From the NCBI GenBank assembly GCA_003162415.1, contig PMOL01000011.1, forward strand, positions 408,853-472,852: a DNA stretch of 64,000 bases. Direction: 5' to 3'. The notes under the pieces were generated by a model. That model saw only the letters and a program-made list of their open reading frames with translations. It did not search any database and was not told the origin of the DNA. The translations under genes and the position numbers were made by a program. Origin of the DNA: Candidatus Dormiibacterota bacterium (GTDB taxonomy: Bacteria > Chloroflexota > Dormibacteria > Aeolococcales > Aeolococcaceae). Shown in pieces: positions 1 to 8,729 of the stretch. The first letter of the stretch is position 1. Each line of letters starts with the position of its first letter.

Positions 1-492
1 GAAGTGGGCCGGGGTGCTCTCGCCGGGCGGTGACACCGCCTCCGCGACACCGCGGACGCGTGTCCCACCGACCTCGATGAACACGGCCTGCTCGATGCCC
101 TCGAGTTGCGCCGCCGCGGCGGCGAGGTCGGCCGGGTCGGCCACCTCGAGGAAAAGGAGCGCGGCGACCTGGCCGGGTTCGGGCACGACCGCATTGAAGG
201 CGGCAAGTTCGCCCGCGACGCGATCCGGGTCGTCGATGCGTTCGGTGCGCAGCGCCTCCTCGAGGGTGGAGCGGATCGTCTCGCGGTTCTCGAAGACCAG
301 AGCGAGCATGTCGCTGAGGTGAATTCGCCGGGATCGCTTCAGCTCCGCGATGCGATGGCGCTCATCGCCGCGAGCGAGCTCGTAGGCGGCGCCGACGCGG
401 ACGTCGCCGAGGTCGAACCGGGCGGATCCTTCCGGGGTCACGAACACCTCCATCAATTCGAGGCCGAGCGACGCGACTCTGGCACTTCGCAC
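1..492 (-). CDS. DUF3501-family protein, 3' end runs off the window (absent from the ORF track)
   Basis: My manual translation of the minus strand is open from 492 (GTG) or 453 (ATG) to base 1: MEVFVTPEG...AYELARGDERHRIAELKRSRRIHLSDMLALVFENRETIRSTLEEALRTERIDDPDRVAGELAAFNAVVPEPGQVAALLFLEV. This resembles the DUF3501 pattern (RR+xLxxxxxLxFENxxT+xxxxxExLxxE+I). Start uncertain. Confidence 0.62.
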   Translation of the reverse strand, partial: MRSARVASLGLELMEVFVTPEGSARFDLGDVRVGAAYELARGDERHRIAELKRSRRIHLSDMLALVFENRETIRSTLEEALRTERIDDPDRVAGELAAFNAVVPEPGQVAALLFLEVADPADLAAAAAQLEGIEQAVFIEVGGTRVRGVAEAVSPPGESTPAHF

Positions 493-546
493 CCGCGGTG
501 GGGCGCCCCGTGTAATACCTGACCTACGGGGTATGATTTCACGGTC

Positions 547-1008
547 ATGGCAGTCGTTCCCTTCGACCGCAGCGTTCTCAAGGTCAACCAGGCGATCCTG
601 ATGAGCGTCATCGTGGTGGCCTACGTCGTGGGCCTGGCGTATCAGCCGATCGCCTGGGTGCTGCCTGTGCTCGCGGTGATGATGCTGGCGGCGGTGGCGT
701 CCCCGTCACTCAACGTGCCCCGCCTCCTCTACCGGCGCTGGCTCAAGCCGGCGGGCATCGTGAAGCCGCGGGTCGTCCAGGAGGACCCGGCGCCGCATCG
801 GTTCGCGCAGCTGCTCGGCGGGGTGTTCCTTGCGGCGGCGAGCGTGTTCGTCATCACCGGCGTCCTGCTGGTTGCCTGGGTGCTCGCATGGATCGTGGCC
901 GCGCTCGCGTTCCTCAACTTCGCATTCAACATCTGCGTCGGCTGCATCATGTATGCCCAGCTGGTGCGGGCCGGCCTGCTGCCCCTCTCACGCCAACCGG
1001 CGCGATGA
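547..1008 (+). CDS. DUF4395-family membrane protein
   Basis: Four hydrophobic segments, EDPAPHRFAQLLG and C-terminal AFNICVGCIMY (CxGC) motifs typical of DUF4395; TATGAT box at 532-537. Confidence 0.75.
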   Translation: MAVVPFDRSVLKVNQAILMSVIVVAYVVGLAYQPIAWVLPVLAVMMLAAVASPSLNVPRLLYRRWLKPAGIVKPRVVQEDPAPHRFAQLLGGVFLAAASVFVITGVLLVAWVLAWIVAALAFLNFAFNICVGCIMYAQLVRAGLLPLSRQPAR

Positions 1009-1421
1009 TCCTTCTGCTCGCACCGCTGATCGCGATCGCCGCAATCGGCGGGGTGGCGCTCCTGCTCCGCCTCCAGAAGGGCGGTCAGCGCGAGCTTGTC
1101 GGCAGTGTCGTCGAGACAGCCGGCCGCGGCGGTGAGCTGCCGTCGATCCTGTACTTCACCGGCGAGTCATGCACGATCTGCCACACCGCGCAGCGGCCGG
1201 CGCTGCGCGCTCTCGCCGCCGGGATCGACCCGGGCATTGCGATCCGCGAGATCGACATCGCGGTCGAGCCCGAGCTGGCGCGTCGCTACCGGGTCATGTC
1301 CCTCCCGACCACGATCGTGCTGGACTCGTCGGGCCAGGTGACCGACATCAACGTCGGCTTCGCGAATGGCGAGGTGCTGCGCCGCCAGCTGGTCGATGCC
1401 GGCATGACGGTCGCCGCGTAG
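1005..1421 (+). CDS. Membrane-anchored thioredoxin-family protein
   Basis: ATGA overlap with the upstream stop; N-terminal TM helix, YFTGESCTIC (CxxC), VMSLPTTIVLD cis-Pro loop. Confidence 0.8.
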   Translation: MILLLAPLIAIAAIGGVALLLRLQKGGQRELVGSVVETAGRGGELPSILYFTGESCTICHTAQRPALRALAAGIDPGIAIREIDIAVEPELARRYRVMSLPTTIVLDSSGQVTDINVGFANGEVLRRQLVDAGMTVAA

Positions 1422-1442
1422 TCAACCGGGTACTCTGAGCGC

Positions 1443-2636
1443 ATGGCCGTCACCGAGCGCGCTCCGCGAACTCGCGCCCTGGCCCCGTCCGATCTCTTCG
1501 CCGTCGACGACCTCCTCGGCGACGACGACCGACTCATCCGCGACACCGTGCGCGCCTTCGTGCGCGAGCGCGCGCTGCCGGTCATCCCCGAACACTTCGA
1601 GGCCGGCACCTTCCCGCGCGAGCTGATCCCGGAGGTCGCCGGCCTCGGCCTGCTGGGCATGCACCTGCAAGGCTACGGATGCGCCGGCACATCGGCGATC
1701 GCCTACGGGGTCGCGTCGGAGGAACTCGAGGCCGGCGACAGCGGGTTGCGCTCGTTTGTCTCGGTGCAGGGCTCGCTCGCCATGTTCCCGATCTGGAAGT
1801 TCGGCAGCGAGGAGCAGAAGGCTCGCTGGCTTCCTGAGATGGCTGCGGGACGCGCTATCGGTTGCTTCGGTCTCACCGAGCCCGACGCAGGCTCGGATCC
1901 CTCGTCGATGCGGACGTCCGCGCGGCGCGACGGCGGTGACTGGATTCTGGACGGCACCAAGATGTGGATCACCAACGGCTCGATGGCCGATATCGCGGTG
2001 GTGTGGGCGACGACCGACGCGGGTGTTCGCGGATTCCTGGTCGAGCGAGGGACGCGCGGCTTCACCACATCGGATGTGCACAACAAGCTGTCGCTCCGCG
2101 CGTCGGTGACCTCGGAGCTGTCGTTCGACTCGGTGCGCCTCCCTGAGAGCGCCGTCCTTCCCGGCGTCACCGGGATGCGCGGACCCCTGTCATGCCTGAA
2201 CGAGGCCCGCTTTGGAATCGGCTGGGGAGCGATGGGCGCCGCGCGGGCCTGCTTCGAGTCGGCGCTCGAATACAGCAAGACCCGACGCGCATTTGGCAAA
2301 CCGATCGGCGCGATGCAGCTGACCCAGCAGAAGCTCGCCAACATGGCGACCTCGATCGTTCAGGGCCGCCTGCTCGCCCACCGCCTTGGGACACTCAAGG
2401 ACGAGGGCCGGCTGCACCCGGTGCAGGTCTCGATCGCCAAGCGGGCCAACGTGCGCGCCGCGCTCGACATCGCGCGCAGCGCACGCACGATTCTCGGGGC
2501 CAACGGCATCACCCTCGAGTACCCGGTGTCGCGGCACATGGCCAACCTCGAATCAGTGCTGACCTACGAGGGCACCGAGGAGGTGCATACGCTCATCATC
2601 GGCAAGGAGCTGACCGGCGAGAACGCGTTCGGCTGA
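1443..2636 (+). CDS. Acyl-CoA dehydrogenase (glutaryl-CoA dehydrogenase-like)
   Basis: GCFGLTEPDAGSDP, GTKMWITNG, GANGITLEYPVSRHMANLESVLTYEGT motifs. Confidence 0.9.
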   Translation: MAVTERAPRTRALAPSDLFAVDDLLGDDDRLIRDTVRAFVRERALPVIPEHFEAGTFPRELIPEVAGLGLLGMHLQGYGCAGTSAIAYGVASEELEAGDSGLRSFVSVQGSLAMFPIWKFGSEEQKARWLPEMAAGRAIGCFGLTEPDAGSDPSSMRTSARRDGGDWILDGTKMWITNGSMADIAVVWATTDAGVRGFLVERGTRGFTTSDVHNKLSLRASVTSELSFDSVRLPESAVLPGVTGMRGPLSCLNEARFGIGWGAMGAARACFESALEYSKTRRAFGKPIGAMQLTQQKLANMATSIVQGRLLAHRLGTLKDEGRLHPVQVSIAKRANVRAALDIARSARTILGANGITLEYPVSRHMANLESVLTYEGTEEVHTLIIGKELTGENAFG

Positions 2637-2639
2637 CGC

Positions 2640-3263
2640 TCAGGCCGCCTCGTCCCAGCTCTCGGTCTCTCTGAACGAGTGATGGCCCCGCCGGGCGACG
2701 ATCAGGTGATCGAGCACCGGCACGCCGAGCAGCGAACCGGCACTGCGGAGTGCGGCAGTGACCACTCGATCCGCGCGGCTCGGCGCCGGGTCGCCACTCG
2801 GATGGTTGTGGCCGATGATGACCGCAACCGCGTCGCTTCGCAGCGCCGGACCGAAGACGTCGCGGGGCTGGAGCCGCGACGCGTTGATGGTGCCGACCGC
2901 GACCGTCTCGAGCTTGATGGGCCGGTGACGTGCGTCGAGAAGGAGCACGACCACCTGCTCACGCCGCGCGTTGCGCAGCCCGTCGAGCATGAGCAGAGCG
3001 TCGCGCGGTGACCCGATGGCCGGGCGGTCGTCGTCGGTCCAGCGCTCGGCCAGCTCCCACATCGCGGCGAGCCGCTCCGCCCGTTCGCGCGGCACCCCGT
3101 GCTCGCGCGTCAGACCTGCCGCATCGAGCGCCCGACGCTCCCACCAGGGAATCCTCGCGACGCGATTGGCCACGGCGCTCAGGTCGGCCGCGGGGCATGA
3201 ACCGCCGAGCGCGCGGGCCAGGAGTTCCGCCTCACCAGTTGCGCGCTCGGGTTCGGTCTGCAC
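2640..3263 (-). CDS. radC: RadC-family JAB/MPN domain protein
   Basis: EQVVVLLLD...GTINAS...PRDVF...HNHPSGDPAPSRAD...LLGVPVLDHLIV, an intact MPN+ metal motif. Confidence 0.85.
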   Translation of the reverse strand: MQTEPERATGEAELLARALGGSCPAADLSAVANRVARIPWWERRALDAAGLTREHGVPRERAERLAAMWELAERWTDDDRPAIGSPRDALLMLDGLRNARREQVVVLLLDARHRPIKLETVAVGTINASRLQPRDVFGPALRSDAVAVIIGHNHPSGDPAPSRADRVVTAALRSAGSLLGVPVLDHLIVARRGHHSFRETESWDEAA

Positions 3264-3305
3264 CCCCCGAGAGTATCACAAATCTGTGTAACTGTCGACG
3301 CCTGG

Positions 3306-3590
3306 TCAGGAACGGGTCAGCAGCATCCCCACGATGAAGATGAGCACGATCACCACCCCGGCAACGGCCACGGGGATCCATCCGCCGCCGGCCGCCAGCA
3401 GCGAGGGGGAGCGCGCGATCGTCGGCGGCAGCGCTGCCGGGGCGTCGACGATGTCGGCCGGCGCTTCGACGGTGATCAATTTCACCCGTCCGGGTGCATC
3501 CTCCGGCAGCTCTGCCGGGTCGAGCAGGGCTGGGGCGACCGCGACGCTTCGACGGCGACGCGTTGAGCGGACCTCAGACACCTCGCTCAC
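3306..3590 (-). CDS. Small protein with basic N-terminus and C-terminal TM helix (ParA-linked)
   Basis: Overlaps the ParA stop by 17 nt; RSTRRRR N-terminus, Pro/Ala linker, hydrophobic tail WIPVAVAGVVIVLIFIVGMLL. Confidence 0.55.
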   Translation of the reverse strand: MSEVSEVRSTRRRRSVAVAPALLDPAELPEDAPGRVKLITVEAPADIVDAPAALPPTIARSPSLLAAGGGWIPVAVAGVVIVLIFIVGMLLTRS

Positions 3591-4362
3591 CCTCGGCGAT
3601 GAGCGCGGCCAGCACCTCGTCGGCGAACGAGCGATACGCCGCGGCCGCCTCCGACGACGGCGCCATGATGGTCACGGGTTCGCCCGCGAGCGCCGACTCC
3701 TGCAGGCGCACGGTCACCTTGATGACCGTGTTGAAGACGCGAAGGTTCGGGATCGCGCGCAATCCCTCGAGCAGGTCGCGAGAGAAGCGCGTGCGCATCA
3801 CCACGAAGGTCGGCAGCAACCCGAGCACGCGCAGGTCCGGGTTCAACTCCTGACGCACGTGGTGCACGGAACGCAGCGTCTCCTTGAGCCCCTTCACCGC
3901 ATAGCCCGACATCTGCATCGGGATGAGGACGTAATCCGTGGCCGCGAGCACGCTGATGGTGTGGAACGCAAAGCTCGGTGGCGTGTCGAAGAGGATGAAG
4001 TCGTAGTCCCGGCAATCGCGATCCAGCGCGCGACGAAGGCGCGTCTCGGCATCGAGCGTGGTCGGCAGGCCTGCCTCGACAGCGCTCAGGTCGGGATTGG
4101 CGGGCAGCAGATGCAGACCGGGCCATTTGGTGCGGACGATGAGCTCGTCGACGGACTGGTCGGGCTCGAGAATCGCGTCGGCGACGGTGTGCGTGAGCGA
4201 GTACGGGTTGAACCCGAGTCCGGAGGTGAGATTGGACTGCGGATCCATGTCGACGGCAAGCACGCGCCGTCCACGCTCGGCGAACACAGCCGCCAGCGAG
4301 GCGCAGGTGGTCGTTTTCCCCACCCCGCCCTTGCCGGAAATACAGGCGATCGAAACAGCCAC
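3574..4362 (-). CDS. ParA/Soj-family ATPase (no adjacent ParB)
   Basis: Deviant Walker A KGGVGKTT, VDMDPQSN, Walker B ILFDTPP, VRLQESALAGEP. Confidence 0.9.
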   Translation of the reverse strand: MAVSIACISGKGGVGKTTTCASLAAVFAERGRRVLAVDMDPQSNLTSGLGFNPYSLTHTVADAILEPDQSVDELIVRTKWPGLHLLPANPDLSAVEAGLPTTLDAETRLRRALDRDCRDYDFILFDTPPSFAFHTISVLAATDYVLIPMQMSGYAVKGLKETLRSVHHVRQELNPDLRVLGLLPTFVVMRTRFSRDLLEGLRAIPNLRVFNTVIKVTVRLQESALAGEPVTIMAPSSEAAAAYRSFADEVLAALIAEGERGV

Positions 4363-4433
4363 CGCGACCGGTTAGTCTAGTGCAGCCCGTCGCAACCGGC
4401 ACACCAGAGCGGGCGGGGCGGCGGCGGAGACGG

Positions 4434-5303
4434 TCAGCTCGGAGCCACCCGCACTGTCGGGCGCACCGCAGGTGCCGCCGCCATGTCGTCCTCCCAGGCG
4501 CGGTTGAGACGTCGCTGGATGATTGCCATGAGAATCAAGCCGCCCGCAATCGGCAGCAGCATCCAGAAGATTGCGCGCGTCGGGCGTAGCTGCACGTCGG
4601 TGGTGCGCAGCATCCGATCCTCCACGATGCGCACGCGCTCCAGGGTCATCACCATCGCGACCGCGCTGAAGGGCAGGAGCAGCTCGAGGTACGGAATCAC
4701 CGCGAATCCGCCGAGCAGCCCGTAGGCCTGCAGGACGGTGAAATGCGGGTCGAACGGGAGCGTGACGTTGGCAACCGCAAGCACGATGCGGACCGCACCG
4801 GCGATGCTCACCAGCCAGCCGAGCGCCCATGGGATTGCGACCGCGATCGTCGAGCGTCCCGGGATCACGTGCATGCGGGGATCGAAGTTGCCAACCTCGC
4901 GGTTGACGCGGTGGTGCCAGATGAGGCTGTACACGCCGAGCGTGACGATCGAGAGCAGGACGATCGCCATCGTCGAACGCCGCTTTCCTGGTGGCCCGAA
5001 CGAGCTGACCTTGGGCAGCGCCTTCTCGGGCGTGGTGATCGCCGCGACCACCGTGACCTCGGTGGGATCCGGCTCGAGCGCTTCGACCGGCGGAGGGGTT
5101 GGGCTCCCGCCGATGTCGCGCTCCTCTTCGCCGGCGCGGTGCTCCACCTCGCTGTCGCGCGGATGCGACGTCGGCACCGACAGGGGCCACGCCCAGGTCG
5201 GGGGTGTCGGAGTCGAATCGGTCAGGGCAACGCCCTCCGCGTCGGGCGCGGTCAGGGTCGTGGCAGCGGGCGTGGTGCCCGGCCGCGATGCGGTCTCGGT
5301 CAT
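4434..5303 (-). CDS. DUF4234-like membrane protein with Pro/Thr-rich N-terminus
   Basis: KRRSTMAIVLLSIVTLGVYSLIWHHRVNREV and C-terminal ILMAIIQRRLN match the DUF4234 pattern; several TM helices. Confidence 0.62.
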   Translation of the reverse strand: MTETASRPGTTPAATTLTAPDAEGVALTDSTPTPPTWAWPLSVPTSHPRDSEVEHRAGEEERDIGGSPTPPPVEALEPDPTEVTVVAAITTPEKALPKVSSFGPPGKRRSTMAIVLLSIVTLGVYSLIWHHRVNREVGNFDPRMHVIPGRSTIAVAIPWALGWLVSIAGAVRIVLAVANVTLPFDPHFTVLQAYGLLGGFAVIPYLELLLPFSAVAMVMTLERVRIVEDRMLRTTDVQLRPTRAIFWMLLPIAGGLILMAIIQRRLNRAWEDDMAAAPAVRPTVRVAPS

Positions 5304-5367
5304 CCCGTGTTCCTCGTGTACGGCTCCGCCTCGGGCGATGCCGCGTGCTGCTAGTGGGACGTCGACG

Positions 5368-5439
5368 CTCCGGGTACTGGATTCGAACCAGTGGCCTTGC
5401 GGTTAACAGCCGCCTGCTCTACCGCTGAGCTAACCCGGA
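5368..5439 (-). tRNA. tRNA-Asn (GTT), CCA not encoded
   Basis: Reverse complement TCCGGGTTAGCTCAGCGGTAGAGCAGGCGGCTGTTAACCGCAAGGCCACTGGTTCGAATCCAGTACCCGGAG folds as a cloverleaf with anticodon loop CTGTTAA. Confidence 0.97.
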
Positions 5440-5520
5440 TCATGACTCAAGTCTACCTGCCGTGACGCACCGTGCCCTCAGGAACACGATTCGTCACCAC
5501 CGGCGACCGAACCGCTCCGT

Positions 5521-6651
5521 CTACTCGAGGTAGTCCTTGAGCTTCTTGGATCGCGACGGATGGCGCAGCTTGCGCAGCGCTTTCGCCTCGATCTGGCGGA
5601 TGCGTTCGCGGGTGACGCCGAAACGCTTGCCCACCTCTTCGAGGGTGCGCTGATGGCCGTCGATGAGGCCGAATCGAAGCTGGAGCACGCGACGTTCACG
5701 CGGGGTGAGCGTGTCGAGAATGTCCTCGACCTCGGTGCGCAACATGGTCAATGACGCAGCGTCGGATGGCGCCGTCGCCTCTTTGTCCTCGACGAAGTCC
5801 CCGAGGTGCGAATCCTCTTCCTCGCCGATCGGTGTCTCCAGCGAGACCGGGTCCTGCGAAACCTTGGTGATCTCGCGAACCTTCTCCGGCGTGATCCCCA
5901 TCTCCTCGGCGATCTCCTCATCGTTGGGCTCGCGGCCCAACTCCTGGAGCAGCCGCCGCGAAACCCGGACGAGCTTGTTGATGGTCTCGACCATGTGCAC
6001 CGGGATGCGGATCGTCCGTGCCTGGTCGGCGATCGCACGCGTGATCGCCTGACGGATCCACCAGGTCGCGTACGTCGAGAACTTGTAGCCCTTGTGGTAG
6101 TCGAACTTCTCGACGGCGCGAATCAGCCCCATGTTGCCTTCCTGGATCAGGTCGAGGAAGGACATGCCGCGGCCGATGTACTTCTTGGCAATGCTGACCA
6201 CAAGACGCAGGTTCGCTTCGGTGAGCTGGTTCTTCGCCTCTTCGTCGCCCTGCTCGATCAGCTTTGCGTAGTGGACCTCCTGCTCGGCCTTGAGGAGTGC
6301 GACACGGCCGATCTCCTTGAGGTACATGCGGACCGGGTCGTCGAGGGAGACGGAATCGATCGCCTCGGCTTTGGCGATGAGCTCCTCGTCGATCTCGTCG
6401 ACGGTCTCGAAGTCCTTGTCCCCATCGCTGACCTCGATTCCCATCTCGCGGAAGACGTGGAAGATCCGCTCCAGGTGATCCGGCTCGACATCGATCTCCG
6501 GAAAGGCGGCGAGGATGTCATCGGGAGTGAGGTACCCGTGGTCCTTGCCCTTGATGATCAGCGCCTCGGCGGCGGAGACCAGCAAATCAGCGCCGGAAGG
6601 CGGCAGCAGGGCGGCTGCTCTGGATCGGGCGGTGCTGGTGGCTGTGCTCAT
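5521..6651 (-). CDS. rpoD: Primary sigma factor RpoD/SigA
   Basis: [72 protein letters not shown], region 4 [22 protein letters not shown]. Confidence 0.98.
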   Translation of the reverse strand: MSTATSTARSRAAALLPPSGADLLVSAAEALIIKGKDHGYLTPDDILAAFPEIDVEPDHLERIFHVFREMGIEVSDGDKDFETVDEIDEELIAKAEAIDSVSLDDPVRMYLKEIGRVALLKAEQEVHYAKLIEQGDEEAKNQLTEANLRLVVSIAKKYIGRGMSFLDLIQEGNMGLIRAVEKFDYHKGYKFSTYATWWIRQAITRAIADQARTIRIPVHMVETINKLVRVSRRLLQELGREPNDEEIAEEMGITPEKVREITKVSQDPVSLETPIGEEEDSHLGDFVEDKEATAPSDAASLTMLRTEVEDILDTLTPRERRVLQLRFGLIDGHQRTLEEVGKRFGVTRERIRQIEAKALRKLRHPSRSKKLKDYLE

Positions 6652-6867
6652 CTCAACTCAGTCTCATGCGGCGCAGGCTGACGCCCGCTTTGCGAGGTCC
6701 GCCGGACGATCGGTACAACGACAGTGCTCACAATAATTGTGGAAGCCGTCTGCGTGTTCCAATTCGGGCGATCGGACAGTGAAAGGATCCACGCGGGCAC
6801 GAGCAAGATGGTGGCTCGGGAACCCCCGGATCAAACATGCGCGGCCGCTCGCGCGCACGGAGCCCGA

Positions 6868-8706
6868 TCAGCGGACCGCCAGGGTGCGACGAAGATGGGG
6901 CGCATCGGCCGCGAGGCGGCTCAGCTTGGCTGCGAGCGCGTCGGCGTCCTCGGTGCGACCCTCGTCTCTCGCACGGTGCATCTCGGTCGAGATGCTGACG
7001 AGGGCCCGCCGCACGCTTTCCTCGTGGATGAGGCGGACGCAGTCGGCCATCAGCTGCTTGATCGCCTGTGGCTCGGCCTCGTCGGCGAATTCGGGCACCT
7101 CCCGAACGAGCAGGCCGGCCGCGCGGCGCTGGTCTCCCCCGCTGAGGCGCCGCAGCGTAAAACCTCCGGGGTCGCTCGACGCTGCGTCGTAAATACGTCT
7201 GGCGGTCGGATTGGTGAACTCGTCAGGCCCAAGCCCGCTCTCCGATCGCAGCGCTGCCGCCATCTCGGGCCGGATCAGCACCACACGCGCCAGCTGCGCC
7301 TCCCAGGGCGGCATCGGCTCGTCCGCCTCGACCGCCTCCGATTCATCCGCGGTGTCCGGCGTGGTGTCCGCAGGGGCGGCAACCACGATCCTGCCGGGCC
7401 GGCGGGTTCCATCACGCATCGAGTGGGCCAGATCGGTGCTCAGCGATCGCGCCCCGATGTCCAGGCGCCGGGCCGCCTGCTGCAGGTACAGCTCGCGTGT
7501 CGTCGCCTCGGGGATGCGGGCAAGCACTGAGACGGCACGTTCCGCCGCCGCCCGCCTTGCGTCGACGCTGCCGCCCTCGCCGGCGCCCAGCGCCGCGTCG
7601 AGGAGCACCTGCCACGCGGGGGGCGCCTCCTCGATCGCCTGGGCGAACGCCGCAGGGTCGCTGCGGACCAGCTCGTCGGGGTCCTTGAAGGCGGCCGGAA
7701 GCCGGCAGATCCGGGCCTGGATGCTCTCGACGGCGATGACATCCACGGCCCGAGTGGCCGCGACCCGGCCGGCCTCGTCGCCGTCGAAGCAGAGGATGAG
7801 CGTCTCGGCAATCCGCCCAAGGCTGTGCACCTGCTCGCGGGTGAGCGCGGTGCCGCTGCTGGCGACGGTGTGCTCAACGCCTGCCGCGTGGGCGGCGATG
7901 ACGTCGAAATACCCCTCCACGATCACTGCTGCGTGCTTCGCCACGATCGCCGTCCTGGCGAGGTCGATGCCGAAGATCGCCGAAGACTTGTGATATGCGG
8001 CGGAGTCCGGGCTGTTCAGGTATTTCGGCCTGGCATCGCCGAGGGCTCGCGCGCCGAAACCGAGCACCTCGCCACGGTCGTCGCGGATCGGAAACACGAG
8101 GCGATCCCGGAAGCGATCACGGGTCCTGCCTCGCCCGGGCGGGTGGGCGAGACCGGCTTCGACCACCTCATCAACGCCGGCACCCGCCTTGCCGGTGAGG
8201 TACCGGGTCAACGCATCCTCGCCGGCGCCGCCCGCGGGGGCGAACCCGACGCCGAATCGACGCGCCAGGGCCTCGTCGATCCGGCGATCGATAAGCAGGG
8301 CTCGCCCGCGTTCGCCCGCGTCGGTCGCCCAGAGCACGTGCTGGTAGTACGCCTGGGCCTTGGCGTTGAGCTCGATCGACCGTCTGCGCTTCCGCCCAGC
8401 GCCGCGGTCCGACCGCGGCCCGCTCTCCAGCTCGACGCCGGCACGGTCGGCGAGCATCTCCAGCGCCTCGCGGAAATCGATTCGCTCGATCTGCTGGATG
8501 AAATGGAAGAGGTCGCCGCCCTTCCCGCAGCCATGGCAGAACCACACCTGACGCTCGGGATTGACGGCGAATGACGGGGTCTTCTCGGCGTGGAACGGGC
8601 AGAGCCCGGTCAGCTCCCGGCCTGCTCGATGCAGGGTGACGTAGCCCCCGATGACCTCAACGAGATCAAGCCGCGACTTGACCTCCGCGACAGCATCCCC
8701 AGCCAT
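6868..8706 (-). CDS. dnaG: DNA primase DnaG
   Basis: CHC2 zinc finger CPFHAEKTPSF...CHGC, PKYLNSP, TOPRIM VEGYFD and CFDGDEAG, KDPDE. Confidence 0.97.
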   Translation of the reverse strand: MAGDAVAEVKSRLDLVEVIGGYVTLHRAGRELTGLCPFHAEKTPSFAVNPERQVWFCHGCGKGGDLFHFIQQIERIDFREALEMLADRAGVELESGPRSDRGAGRKRRRSIELNAKAQAYYQHVLWATDAGERGRALLIDRRIDEALARRFGVGFAPAGGAGEDALTRYLTGKAGAGVDEVVEAGLAHPPGRGRTRDRFRDRLVFPIRDDRGEVLGFGARALGDARPKYLNSPDSAAYHKSSAIFGIDLARTAIVAKHAAVIVEGYFDVIAAHAAGVEHTVASSGTALTREQVHSLGRIAETLILCFDGDEAGRVAATRAVDVIAVESIQARICRLPAAFKDPDELVRSDPAAFAQAIEEAPPAWQVLLDAALGAGEGGSVDARRAAAERAVSVLARIPEATTRELYLQQAARRLDIGARSLSTDLAHSMRDGTRRPGRIVVAAPADTTPDTADESEAVEADEPMPPWEAQLARVVLIRPEMAAALRSESGLGPDEFTNPTARRIYDAASSDPGGFTLRRLSGGDQRRAAGLLVREVPEFADEAEPQAIKQLMADCVRLIHEESVRRALVSISTEMHRARDEGRTEDADALAAKLSRLAADAPHLRRTLAVR

Positions 8707-8729
8707 GGCCCGCCAGCCTCGACCGCTCG

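Noticed and set aside
2640-3263. radC as a marker of a mobile or anti-restriction island
   Set aside because: Flanking genes are chromosomal, with no mobility functions.
5368-5439. tRNAs lacking encoded CCA (also 23728-23799)
   Set aside because: Common in many bacteria that use CCA-adding enzymes; not notable.
6729-6741. NrdR box
   Set aside because: It resembles CACAATATATTGTG but is one base shorter in the centre, and no nrd genes are adjacent.
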